This document shows, one piece after another, positions 53,126-64,000 of a DNA stretch of 64,000 nucleotides. Positions within the stretch are counted from its first letter, which is position 1; every line of letters begins with the position of its first letter. The stretch comes from Chiloscyllium plagiosum (Eukaryota), in the NCBI RefSeq assembly GCF_004010195.1, contig NC_057717.1:107033474-107097473 (forward strand), in the 5' to 3' direction. Below the pieces are notes generated by a model, which saw only the letters and a list, made by a program, of their open reading frames with translations, searched no databases and had not been told where the DNA came from. A program made the position numbers and the translations under genes.

Positions 53126-53330
53126 GTTAAAAATCACACAACACCAGGTAATGGTCCAACAGGTTTATTTGGAAGCACTAGCTTTCGGAGCGATGCTCCT
53201 TCATCAGGTGGTTGTGGAGAATAAGATCCGAAAGCTAGTGCTTCAAAATAAACCTGTTGAACTATAACCAGGTGTTGTGTGAAATTTAACTTTGTATACC
53301 CCAGTCCAATACAGGCATCTCCAAATCATG
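53126..53330. mobile_element. PLE pLTR (second family) fold-back
   Basis: Inverted arms around a hammerhead-like core. Confidence 0.75.
53176..53210 (-). ncRNA. Minimal type I hammerhead ribozyme motif (PLE-associated)
   Basis: Minus strand CAC-CUGAUGA-A-GGAGC-AUC-GCUCC-GAAA-GC-UA-GUG: stem I CAC/GUG, intact core, 5-bp stem II, palindromic AGCU stem III. Confidence 0.7.
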
Positions 53331-53861
53331 ACTCCTAACTTGTGCCTTGCAGATAGTGGACNNNNNNNNNNNNNNNNNNNNNNNNNNNNNNNNNNNNNNN
53401 NNNNNNNNNNNNNNNNNNNNNNNNNNNNNNNNNNNNNNNNNNNNNNNNNNNNNNNNNNNNNNNNNNNNNNNNNNNNNNNNNNNNNNNNNNNNNNNNNNNN
53501 NNNNNNNNNNNNNNNNNNNNNNNNNNNNNNNNNNNNNNNNNNNNNNNNNNNNNNNNNNNNNNNNNNNNNNNNNNNNNNNNNNNNNNNNNNNNNNNNNNNN
53601 NNNNNNNNNNNNNNNNNNNNNNNNNNNNNNNNNNNNNNNNNNNNNNNNNNNNNNNNNNNNNNNNNNNNNNNNNNNNNNNNNNNNNNNNNNNNNNNNNNNN
53701 NNNNNNNNNNNNNNNNNNNNNNNNNNNNNNNNNNNNNNNNNNNNNNNNNNNNNNNNNNNNNNNNNNNNNNNNNNNNNNNNNNNNNNNNNNNNNNNNNNNN
53801 NNNNNNNNNNNNNNNNNNNNNNNNNNNNNNNNNNNNNNNNNNNNNNNNNNNNNNNNNNNNN

Positions 53862-54013
53862 ACAAGGAGAGAAACAGCACAGGAGAGGAGGAGACAAGCT
53901 GCCACAGCTCAGAAGAGACCATGTTGTGCACAGCTGAGGCACAGGAAGACAGCAGCACCAAGGAGGGACAAATAGGCACCACAGCCAAGGACACATCTTC
54001 TGTAGAGTCATAA
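53862..54013 (+). CDS. PDE4: 3' part of a terminal coding exon, PDE4-like C-terminus (5' end lost in the gap)
   Basis: The frame from 53864 reads KERNSTGEEETSCHSSEETMLCTAEAQEDSSTKEGQIGTTAKDTSSVES*. This resembles remembered PDE4D [22 protein letters not shown] and the PDE4B end EDKSPVDT. TAA at 54011-54013. This frame is not in the ORF track. Confidence 0.65.
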
Positions 54014-57000
54014 AAGAGGGAGAACAACCCTTGTGCAAAACAGATGAAATTTGTCCATTCTTGGAGACATACGCATCATCTGTGATTGGAATCCAGGTCT
54101 GTGGGTGGATTCCAACATCAGAGCGCCCGAAAACTGAGCAAATTCAGTATGGGAAGGGGACAGGAGATCAAAGCATTCTTTGGTTTGAACCTTTAATACG
54201 GTGAGAAGAAGTCACTTTGAAAGAGTGTGTACCTCAATCTCCCCCCAGCCCAACAGCAGTGAAAGAAACAGTCACAACCTGGGTAAACGAGAGACTTCCA
54301 ACAAGAACCAGGTGGACCCACCGAAGCTCCCTCTCCCCCACATTGTTTCCATGACAAGGAATCTGTTTCTCTGAGTGTGACAGGGTCTGGGAACTGCGTG
54401 CCTTTTCTAGAATTATCTACAAGCTTTGTCTTTGTAGTTAAGTCAAGCAATGATTTGTTTTATTTTTAATGTTATATTTTACGTACTGTTTCTTATAAGT
54501 TATTCCGCAAGGTTCTAGAAAGAGCCAGATCAATGGAACATAAGCCGGTGGATATGAAGTGAAACTGGTTGCAAACACTAAACTCTGCTCCTCACTTTGT
54601 GAAGTCTTCCTCTAACCTTCTTTTGCACAATATGGCAATATCTTTGGGACTTTTTAAAATAATTTATGTTGTAGAGATTCTGTGGTGCGCACAAGTTGCT
54701 GCACTGGCTAAGGTTGGGAATGTTTCCTCGGTTTGAGGTTTCCTGTTCTCATGTGCCAGGAGGGTACTGCACTTTCATGTCTGTTAATGGCTTTGAGAGG
54801 ACCAAGGCAAGATTTGGGCCCAGCTTAAAGCTAGGACCACCTTAAACATGCCTCCTGTCTTCTCCATTCTTGTCCTCTTTAGAAGGAGACGCTGAATCCC
54901 AATGAAATCGGTTTTCACAGTATCTCCAGCACCTACTTATCCACTCCTCTGGCGTCTGGAGGAAATGTAACCATGGGAATATTATAGCCATGTCCAGTTG
55001 TGTCTTCATTAGATACACATACATAAATATGTGTACACACACACACACTCACTCACTCTCACATACACCCACACAGTCACTCACTCTCACATACAACCAC
55101 ACACACACTCACTCTCACATACACCCACACACACTCACACAATCACATACAACCACACACACACTCACTCTCACATACACCCACACAGTCACTCACTCTC
55201 ACATACAACCACACACACACTCACTCTCACATACACCCACACAGTCACTCACTCTCACATACAACCACACACACACTCACTCTCACATACACCCACACAG
55301 TCACTCACTCTCACATACAACCACACACACACTCACTCTCACATACACCCACACAGTCACTCACTCTCACATACAACCACACACACACTCACTCTCACAT
55401 ACACCCACACAGTCACTCACTCTCACATACAACCACACACACACTCACTCTCACATACACCCACACAGTCACTCACTCTCACATACAACCACACACACAC
55501 TCACTCTCACATACACCCACACAGTCACTCACTCTCACATACAACCACACACACACTCACTCTCACATACACCCACACACACTCACACAAACACACTCAC
55601 TCTCACATACACCCACACAGTCACTCACTCTCACATACACCCACACACAGACACACACACACACACTCTCACATACACCCACACGCACTCACTCTCACAT
55701 ACACCCANNNNNNNNNNNNNNNNNNNNNNNNNNNNNNNNNNNNNNNNNNNNNNNNNNNNNNNNNNNNNNNNNNNNNNNNNNNNNNNNNNNNNNNNNNNNN
55801 NNNNNNNNNNNNNNNNNNNNNNNNNNNNNNNNNNNNNNNNNNNNNNNNNNNNNNNNNNNNNNNNNNNNNNNNNNNNNNNNNNNNNNNNNNNNNNNNNNNN
55901 NNNNNNNNNNNNNNNNNNNNNNNNNNNNNNNNNNNNNNNNNNNNNNNNNNNNNNNNNNNNNNNNNNNNNNNNNNNNNNNNNNNNNNNNNNNNNNNNNNNN
56001 NNNNNNNNNNNNNNNNNNNNNNNNNNNNNNNNNNNNNNNNNNNNNNNNNNNNNNNNNNNNNNNNNNNNNNNNNNNNNNNNNNNNNNNNNNNNNNNNNNNN
56101 NNNNNNNNNNNNNNNNNNNNNNNNNNNNNNNNNNNNNNNNNNNNNNNNNNNNNNNNNNNNNNNNNNNNNNNNNNNNNNNNNNNNNNNNNNNNNNNNNNNC
56201 ACACACACACATACACACACACACATTCACTCACACACATTCACACACACACATTCACACACACACATTCACTCACACACATCCACCCACACACACACAT
56301 CCACACACACACATTCACCCACACACATTCACTCACATGTTCTGATTACTATTGAGGTGCAAAGTAAATCCTGAATCTGGAATGTTTTAATTCTCTGTCC
56401 CAGAATCATGTGAGGGTTCTGTTCTAAACCAGAATTTTCATTTATTTGTTTCTTTAATTAAACCAAAGGCAGGACATGAAGCTGTGCTCTTCTGGTTTGC
56501 TGTACAAGGTCAGTATAAGTTTGATTTTTGTTGCCTTAAACTCAGTTTGCGCTCGTAAGAGAACTCTGTACCGGCCAACTCTCAGTCCCGGAGATGAGAT
56601 TGGTGTGATGCCATAGGGATTCCCTCCTGTGCCAAGAGCCAAGCTATTGGAGTCTGCCAGAATTGCCAATATACAGCTGTTATCACCACCATAAATGCTG
56701 CATTCAATCAAGATACAGTTCATGGAAATTAATGTTGTCTTGAGTTCCAGAACCAACACACACAGAGCATGAAATAATGCATACTCTTCCCATAACAACC
56801 CTCACTTCAAATCATACAATACTCAACCCATCCAGCCTCTGCTTTCTCTTTAAAGAACTATCCAATTGGTCGCACTCATCTGCTCTTTCCCCTTAGTTTT
56901 TCAAGAATTTACCTCATTCACTTTTGAAGTTACTTTAATATCTGCTCCCACTGCCCTATTGGCTAGCACATTCCAGATCAGAATAACTCACTGTGTTAAA

Positions 57001-58860
57001 AAAAAGGTCTTATCTCCACTTGTTCTTTGGTCTTTAATCTGTGCCCCAGTGTTACCTGCCCACTGGAAATAGATTCCTGCTAATTTCCTTGACCAAAATC
57101 TCTCATTACCATCGTGCTCAAAGTCAGGTCAGCCAAGGGTTAAACAGCTTTCTCTCTGTGGTCTTTAGGGCACTGATGTGATCCATCATCTGACAGTTGG
57201 AATAGCTCTGTCACTATAAAGCCCATTACTAAAGCATTAGGATCCTGCTACAAACTTATCCCCAAAGGAATTATCATCATGAAGTTACAAATAATTGAGA
57301 CAACTCATGCCCCCCCCCCCCCCACCTTAGCTGAACAGACAAGTACCAGAAACACCAGCTGGGGATACAGTGGCCATTCTGAACAGTCTTCACCAAGCAG
57401 CCAAGATCAGGCACAGCTCTGTAATTCTTGTACAGTTTTTTCTTAGTTTTTATTGTTCACAATTTTATTTGTTTGGTTCTGGTTTGTACATAATGTAATG
57501 TTTGTAAATGATTCTCTAAAGCAGTTATGATATGGAGGCTGAAAGATAGTACTGAGGAGAAGAAATGATAATTCCTTTGTATTATAATGTGATATGTATT
57601 GCCCTTGGAAACTGTCACCTACGTTCAGCCAGTGCTGTTCCTCAAGTAAGGGACTGGGCAAAAAACTATTTTAAATGTGTCACCATCAAATACTCACTCA
57701 TCCATTTACTGTGATGGAGGAATGGTTACAAATAAGAGATTGAATCAGACAATACAGATCCGACGAGACTCCTTTACAATCTAAATTATGCTCTGAATGT
57801 GAGATATTATTAACAAATCGCAATAGGCAGAGCAATGCAAAAAATACAACCATCTTTTTCCAGTGCAGATATCCCATTAAACTGATTTTCAGCTTCACCT
57901 CATCTTGTCCATTCCTCCACTTGTGAACAAAATACTTGCAATTGCCCCCTCACCCATTCCCTCCTCACTCATTCCCCACTCACCCCAGTGTCTACCCTCC
58001 TTCATTCACCTCTTTTCCAACACTTGCCTTTGGCCATCACAAGCTTATTATTCCCCCTTGCTCATTCCCATCTTCCTCTTCCCATTCCCATTTCCCTACC
58101 CATTTCCCCCATACTCCTTTGCAACCCTCACCCATTCGTAGACTCTGAGCTATTCTAAACCTGGTTGGTCACATTGTTCTTTCTCTGAATCATGTTTTGA
58201 GAATTTTAAGAATATTGGAAACTGCAAACAAGAAATGGAACATTTTGTTGCGCCTGTGCAGTAATGTTCTCACACCAATCAAAGCATATACCAGCACATT
58301 AGTAAACAAGATGGTGGAGTCTCCAATGTTTCTGAAATGCAGCATCCAATGGGTGTATTAGCTCAGATTGTTCCAGTCAGACAGCCTGTGGTGAGGGTGA
58401 GATGTATAACACCCTGTATGAACCCAAACCTGTTTGGCTCTCACTATTTTTTCAAATGGAGAAACAGCTGACTCCAGCAAAACCCCAATTCACTGCGTCA
58501 GGTCTGAGCCACTGCACTGGCTCTATGCTCACTGCAATAGCAGTACATTCAGTTCCAGAATTAGTGAAACTTCATGCAATTGTCACAGACTACCTACAAA
58601 AGAATCTTCCAAAAAATATTTGGGCAAGATGGGTCATGGGTCAGCAGTGGTCAATGTTGGATGAATTTGAACATTTCTCTATCTGATTTTCAGTCCAAGG
58701 TGCCCACAGAATGCAGGATTCTCTAGGATGGTTTCATAAAGGAAACTGAGCACTTTCAACTTTCCATATTCAATAAATGGATCTATTGTACATTGTAGCA
58801 TTAAATCGTACAGAAACATGTTTGAAAAACTATTAAAAATCACTTGAAATTACTTGTAAC
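54014..58860 (+). other. Putative long 3' UTR with poly(A) signals at 58772 (AATAAA), 58800 and 58832 (ATTAAA)
   Basis: Transposon-poor; U-rich blocks; Pumilio site TGTACATA (57485-57492); miRNA seed matches; GU-rich sequence after the signals. Confidence 0.5.
55033..56338. repeat. CA-rich minisatellite (unit built of ~22-bp cactcactctcacatacac/aac subunits) spanning gap 55708-56199
   Basis: Direct repetition. Confidence 0.92.
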
Positions 58861-60109
58861 ATTTGTATATTTGTGTGATAGTGCTCAGGTCCGACTCATA
58901 CCCAGCTTTATATCTCAGTGTGCCTGAGGCTCAGATCGCTCTCAATCTCTAGCAGTGTTAGAAAGTGTTTCTATCAATAAAATAACACCCCATAAAATGT
59001 CCAAGGCCAAGCCCTCCTAATACGTACATTGTGGAATGTGTGATTTACTGATTTTTAGAATCATGCTTATTGAATGCGTAAGGAATTTCAGTCAATGAGA
59101 GAACCATGGGAAATGTCAAGGAATAAAAAGCACAAAGGAGGTCCAAAAGGTTTGTTGTAATTATTCTCTTTCATGGACTTACTGGTGACTATTCATCCCA
59201 TCTCTACCTAGACATTATGGCTTACTGGGGTAGTGCACTGGAAATCAAGACCCTCTATTTCCAGTGTTTTCACAAAAATTAGATTTGATAAAAATAAGCA
59301 GAATTCCCCAATTTACCAGCCTTTTAGATCCAGGTTGACAGAAAGCACAAAGCAGATTTCTGTATTTAAATTATTATAATTCTAGTTACAGATAAACAAG
59401 TATGAACCTTTGGAACACAACTCTATTAGTTAGAGTTCTAACCCCTAATAAAACTCCCCTTTATGCACATATACATGCTGAAAAAATTGTGTTATAAGTA
59501 GAGAGAAAGAGTGGGAAGGCAGTGTTTCATGTCCATATTTTGTTGAGATGATCATTTTGGCTTGTCAGGACTTACTCAAAAAGAATCTGACTTATTGGTT
59601 AAAGCAACAATTTGCAGCAGATGATTAGGAGAAATAAATTGGCCTTTTCCCTGCAGAGTGAAAGTCAGCTCCTTCCATTTTGGAAGCCCGGAAGATTCTG
59701 CTCCTCGATACTTCATAATCAATCCGTTCAGACATGTTTTTACACACCTCTGGAGTTGGTGGGACTTGACCCCAACCTCCTGACTCAGAGGTAAGAACAC
59801 GAGTATTGTATCACAGGAGCCCTTTAGGCTGCTGGCTATATCATTCACACCCAGAAGCAGTTCAGGTAATTGGGAACCAATCGCAAATGGTTGTTGGCAA
59901 GTGGAAAATCTCTCTGATCGATCCACAGACCAATCAACTACTTGTTGCTGACAAATCATTACAGAGCCTGTAATCTCCCCCACTGTTCAAGCAGCAGTGT
60001 AAATAGCAATCACAATGAGAGCCAGGTGACATTTTTAAACAATACAGTAAGCTTTTCAACAGTACTTAGTTTTGAAAACAATCTCCACCTACCTCGACAC
60101 TGTCCTATC

Positions 60110-61860
60110 CCCCCTAGTCCAGGAACTCCCCAAATACGCTTGAGACACCATCCATGCCCTTCACCTCCTCCAAGACTTAAGTTTCCCAGCCCCCACCACT
60201 TCATCTTCACCATGGACATCCAATCCCTCTACACCTCCATCAAGCATGACCAGGGCCTCCAAGCCCTCCATTTCTTCCTCTCCCGACATCCCCAACAGTA
60301 TCCTTCCTCCGACACTGGCATTCATTTGGCTGAACTGGTCTTCAACCTCAACAATTTCTCCTTCAAATCCTCCCACTTCCTCCAGACCAAAGAGGTAGCT
60401 GGTATGGGCCCCAGCTATGCCTGTCTCTTTGTTGGCTACGTAGAACAGTCCATCTTCTGTAGTTACACCGGCACCACTCCCCACCTCTTCCTCCGCTACA
60501 TTGATGACTGTATTGGCGCCACCTCGTGCTCCCACAAGGAGGATGAGCAGTTCATCAACTTCACCAACATATTCCACCCCGGCCTTAAGTTCACCTGGAC
60601 CATCTCTGACACCTCCCTCCCCTTCCTGGACCTCTCCATCTCCATTAGTGACGACCGACTTAACACTGACATTTTTTACAAACCCACCAACTCCCACAGC
60701 TACCTGGATTACACCTCTTCCCACCCTACCTCCTGCAAAAATGCCATCCCGTATTCCCAATTCCACCATCTCCACCGTATCTGCTCCCAGGAGGACCAGT
60801 TCCACCACAGAACTCACCAGATGGCCTCCTTCTTTAGAGACCACAATTTCCCTTCCCACGTGGTTGAAGATGCCCTCCAATGCATCTCATCCACATCCAG
60901 CACCTCCGCCCTCAAACCCCACCCCTCCAACCGTAATAAGGACAGAACCCTTGGTCCTCACCTTCCACCCCCACCAACCTCCGCATAAACCGCATCATCT
61001 ACTGACATTTTTGCCACCTCCAAATGGACCCCACCACCAGGGATATATTTCCCTCCCCATCCCTTTCCGCTTTCCGCAAAGACCGTTCCCTCCGTGACTA
61101 CCTGGTCAGGTCCACACCCCCCAACAACCCACCCTCCCATCCTGGCACCTTCCGCTGCCACCGCAGGAATTGCAAAACCTGTGCCCACACTTCCCCCCAC
61201 CTCCATCCAAGGCCCCAAAGGAGCCTTCCACATCCGTCAAAGTTTTACTTGCATATCCACAAATGTCATTTATTGTATCCGTTGCTCCCAATTCCTTCTC
61301 CTTTACACAAGGGAGACTGGACGCCTTCTTGCAGAGCCCTTTAAGGAACATCTCCTGGACACCCGCACCAATCAACCCCACCGCTCCATGGCTGAACATT
61401 TCAACTCCCTCTCCCACTCTGCCAAAGACATGCAGGTCGTGGGCCTCCTCCACTGCCACTCCCTCACCACCCGATATCTGGAGGGAAGAACACCTCACCC
61501 TCCGCCTCAGAACACTTCAACCCCATGGCATCAATGTGGACTTACCAGTTTCCTCATTTCCCTTCCCCTTCCAGCTCAGCACTATCCTCATGACCTGTCC
61601 CACCTATGCGCTCCACCCTCCTCTCCGACCTATCACCTTCATGCTCACCTCCATCCACCTATTGCACTCTCAGCTACCTTCTCCCCAACCCCAACCCCCT
61701 CCCATTTATCTCTCCATCCCGGAGGCTCCCTGTCTCATTCCTGATGAAGGGCTTTTGCCCGAAAGGTCGATTTTCCTGCTCCTCAGATGCTGCCTGACCT
61801 GCTGTGCTTTTCCAGTACCACCCTAATCTTGACTCTGATCTCTAGCATCGCAGTACCCAC
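60110..61860 (+). mobile_element. PLE (Neptune-like), decayed RT, Cys-rich linker, GIY-YIG and pLTR
   Basis: FTMDIQSLYTSI, GMGPSYACLFVG, LRYIDD, LPFLDL, IFYKPT, C..NCKTC and NVIYCIRC..YTRETGR...EH motifs; frameshifts; pLTR ctgatgaagggcttttgcccgaaaggtcg at 61741. Confidence 0.92.
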
Positions 61861-63834
61861 TTTTGCCTTTTCCCATTTCAGTCCAGAATCAAACAACACG
61901 GACATATAAAAAGGTCTTTACACAGAATAAATACTGCCCCCACTGCCTTGATCCCAAATTACTCCCGTAGCTCTCTGTTTTCCCATACTAACTGCAAATA
62001 AATCCCACTAACCTGCTCTCTTCCCATACCCCTGTTTTCATCTTGCAGTTTGCTCCATTCTGTTCAATTTGAGTTGGTAAAAAAGAAGCAGCCCTTCAGA
62101 AATCAAAAAAAAGTTTCTTTAAAGCTAACCAGTTATTTAACATTTTCTCTCAGTGATCCGACCGACTTCCCGTGAGTTTAAAGTAAATGTGGAGCATGAA
62201 CCACTGGGTAGAGAGCTCCTTCAGAAACTCCAAAACCAAAGGATAGTCCCAAACATCTTCCAAACCTTAAACTCTCATCAAGTATACCTTATGTAAGATG
62301 TCACTCAGCTGATTTTTAAAATGATTCTTGTCTTTAAGGTATAAGGAACTTGTGACATTATGGAAAATGTGAGAAACTGTACAATTTTTCAGGAAGTCTA
62401 AAAAATGTTCAGCATCCACATTTGAGTAAGTCCCATTATAAATATGGACTTCAAATTAAACCAGGAGAACAGAATGTGAAATATGTGCTTGGAATGTTCA
62501 GATTACAAATGCAAGACAAGAATTTTATTTCTGGAGACAATTTGCACAGGTTAAATGGATTGGCCAAGGGAAATGTGGGGTTACAGAGATAGGGTAGAGG
62601 AGTGGATCTGGGTGGGATGTTCTTTGGAGAGGTGGCATGGAGGGATGGGCTGAATGGCCTACTTCCACACTGTAGGGATTCTACGATTCAGAGTTATGAT
62701 GGGGGGGTGGTGGTGGGGGGGGGGGGTCAGAGGGGAAAGTTGGAGCTAACATTTGGTTCAATATATGAACATTCCTGAGTTGATGAGCCTGACATGTTGT
62801 AACTTAGACAGAAGGCAACTTTAATTAAGAAAGATTTGAATACCATTCTAAAAGGGCAGTGATTAAATGTCATCTTTTTAACTGTCTATTGTTCTCATCC
62901 AACTATCTTGTCTGTTAAATGAGGTTTTTATCCAGTCACATAATGACATTTTACTCAGTCATACCACAAATGTCACAAAAGCAGCCAGAGGATGATAAAG
63001 AACTGGGGCACTATATGCTCACTTGCTGCTTGGAAGGGTTATGCTATTTACATTGTTAGCCCTTCACACCTTCCCAACCAGTCATAGCAGCTGTTCAGAA
63101 ATTCACTTCAGATGACCAGCCAACTCTACACTTGGAAAGTTGGGGAAATAGAGCAATTAACTGCACCTCAGTGGTTCCTGCCTTTCAGTAGAGGGGGGAT
63201 ACTAATGTGGTGAGTCCAGTTGAGTTTCTGGTCCATGGTAACCCCAAGAATGTTGATCGTGGGGATTCAGTGATGGTAACACTATTGAATGTCAAGAGTC
63301 GATAGATTGTCTCTTATTAAAGATAATACTTGCCTGACATTTGTGTGCCGTGAATATTACTTAAATGTTTTCACATTTGTGACTACTCTGAGATTACTGA
63401 GGCTTGATTTCCATGGCACTATCTCTGTGCAGAAATACCTGTGCAATTTTCCACATTGCTGGTTAGATACCAGTTTTGTCGCTATACTGGAACAGCCTGG
63501 CTAGGGGTTCAGTTAGTTCTGTAGAGCAAACCTTCAGTACTCTGAAGACACCCATTACCTTTGCAGCATTCAATATCTTCAGCTGTTTCTTGATACAATA
63601 TAAAGTGAATCAAGTTGGCTGAAGACTGGCCTCTGTGCTGCTGGGGACTGCTGAGACGGATTACCCACTGGCACTTCTGGCTGAGATCATTATGAATGTT
63701 TTAACCTTTTGCACTGACGTGCAGGGGCTCCCCATCATTAAGAATGTTTGTGGAGCCTTCTCCAATGAGTTGTTTAATTGTCCACTACCATTCACTGGAT
63801 GTGGGTTTGACTGGAGAACTTAGATCCAATATGT

Positions 63835-64000
63835 TGGTTAGATTACTTACAGTGTGGAAACAGGCCCTTCGGCCCAACAAGTCCACATCGACCCACCGAA
63901 GCGTAATCCACCCAGACCCATTCCCCTACATTTACCCCTTCACCTAACATTACTGGCAATTTAGCATGGCTAATTCACCTAACCTGCACATCTTTGGATT
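63835..64000 (-). mobile_element. HE1 V-SINE 3' part (cut by the window end)
   Basis: Tail near-identical to the copies at 44721 and 46678. Confidence 0.88.

Noticed and set aside
54990..56374. ~450-aa His/Thr ORFs
   Set aside because: CA repeats plus an N gap.
56454..56798. 114-aa minus-strand ORF
   Set aside because: No recognisable homology or exon structure; lies in probable plus-strand UTR.
59942..61744. Intact or domesticated RT gene
   Set aside because: Frameshifts, 5' truncation and degenerate motifs; an ordinary decayed PLE.
62700..62726. G-run as a functional G-quadruplex (also the C-run at 57309-57323)
   Set aside because: Simple homopolymer tracts with no supporting context.

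Overview
This is vertebrate genomic DNA, almost certainly from a shark, judged by its HE1/V-SINEs, shark-type CR1 LINEs, Penelope-like elements (PLEs) and DeuSINE remnants. It is mostly intronic or intergenic and rich in repeats, with four N gaps (11329-11828, 20804-21173, 53362-53861, 55708-56199). Two host-gene pieces are recognisable, both from the cAMP phosphodiesterase PDE4 family. (1) A minus-strand alternative first coding exon of PDE4B3/PDE4D5/PDE4C3 type (1727-2013), with a CRE/ETS/TATA-like promoter upstream. (2) A plus-strand PDE4-like C-terminal coding tail (53862-54013) that starts exactly at a 500-N gap and is followed by a ~4.8 kb 3'UTR-like region. The two pieces point in incompatible directions and I found no catalytic exons between them, which suggests an assembly inversion or mis-join at the gap. 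Other notable structure: many PLE pseudo-LTRs (pLTRs) carrying minimal hammerhead-ribozyme motifs, some in long fold-backs; a ~6.5 kb 30-bp minisatellite apparently seeded from a CR1 3' tail; nested transposon insertions with clear target-site duplications (TSDs); and a Gmr1-like Gypsy LTR/PBS/gag remnant. I found no convincing novel multi-gene system. All homology calls come from remembered sequences, not database searches, and transposon boundaries are approximate.
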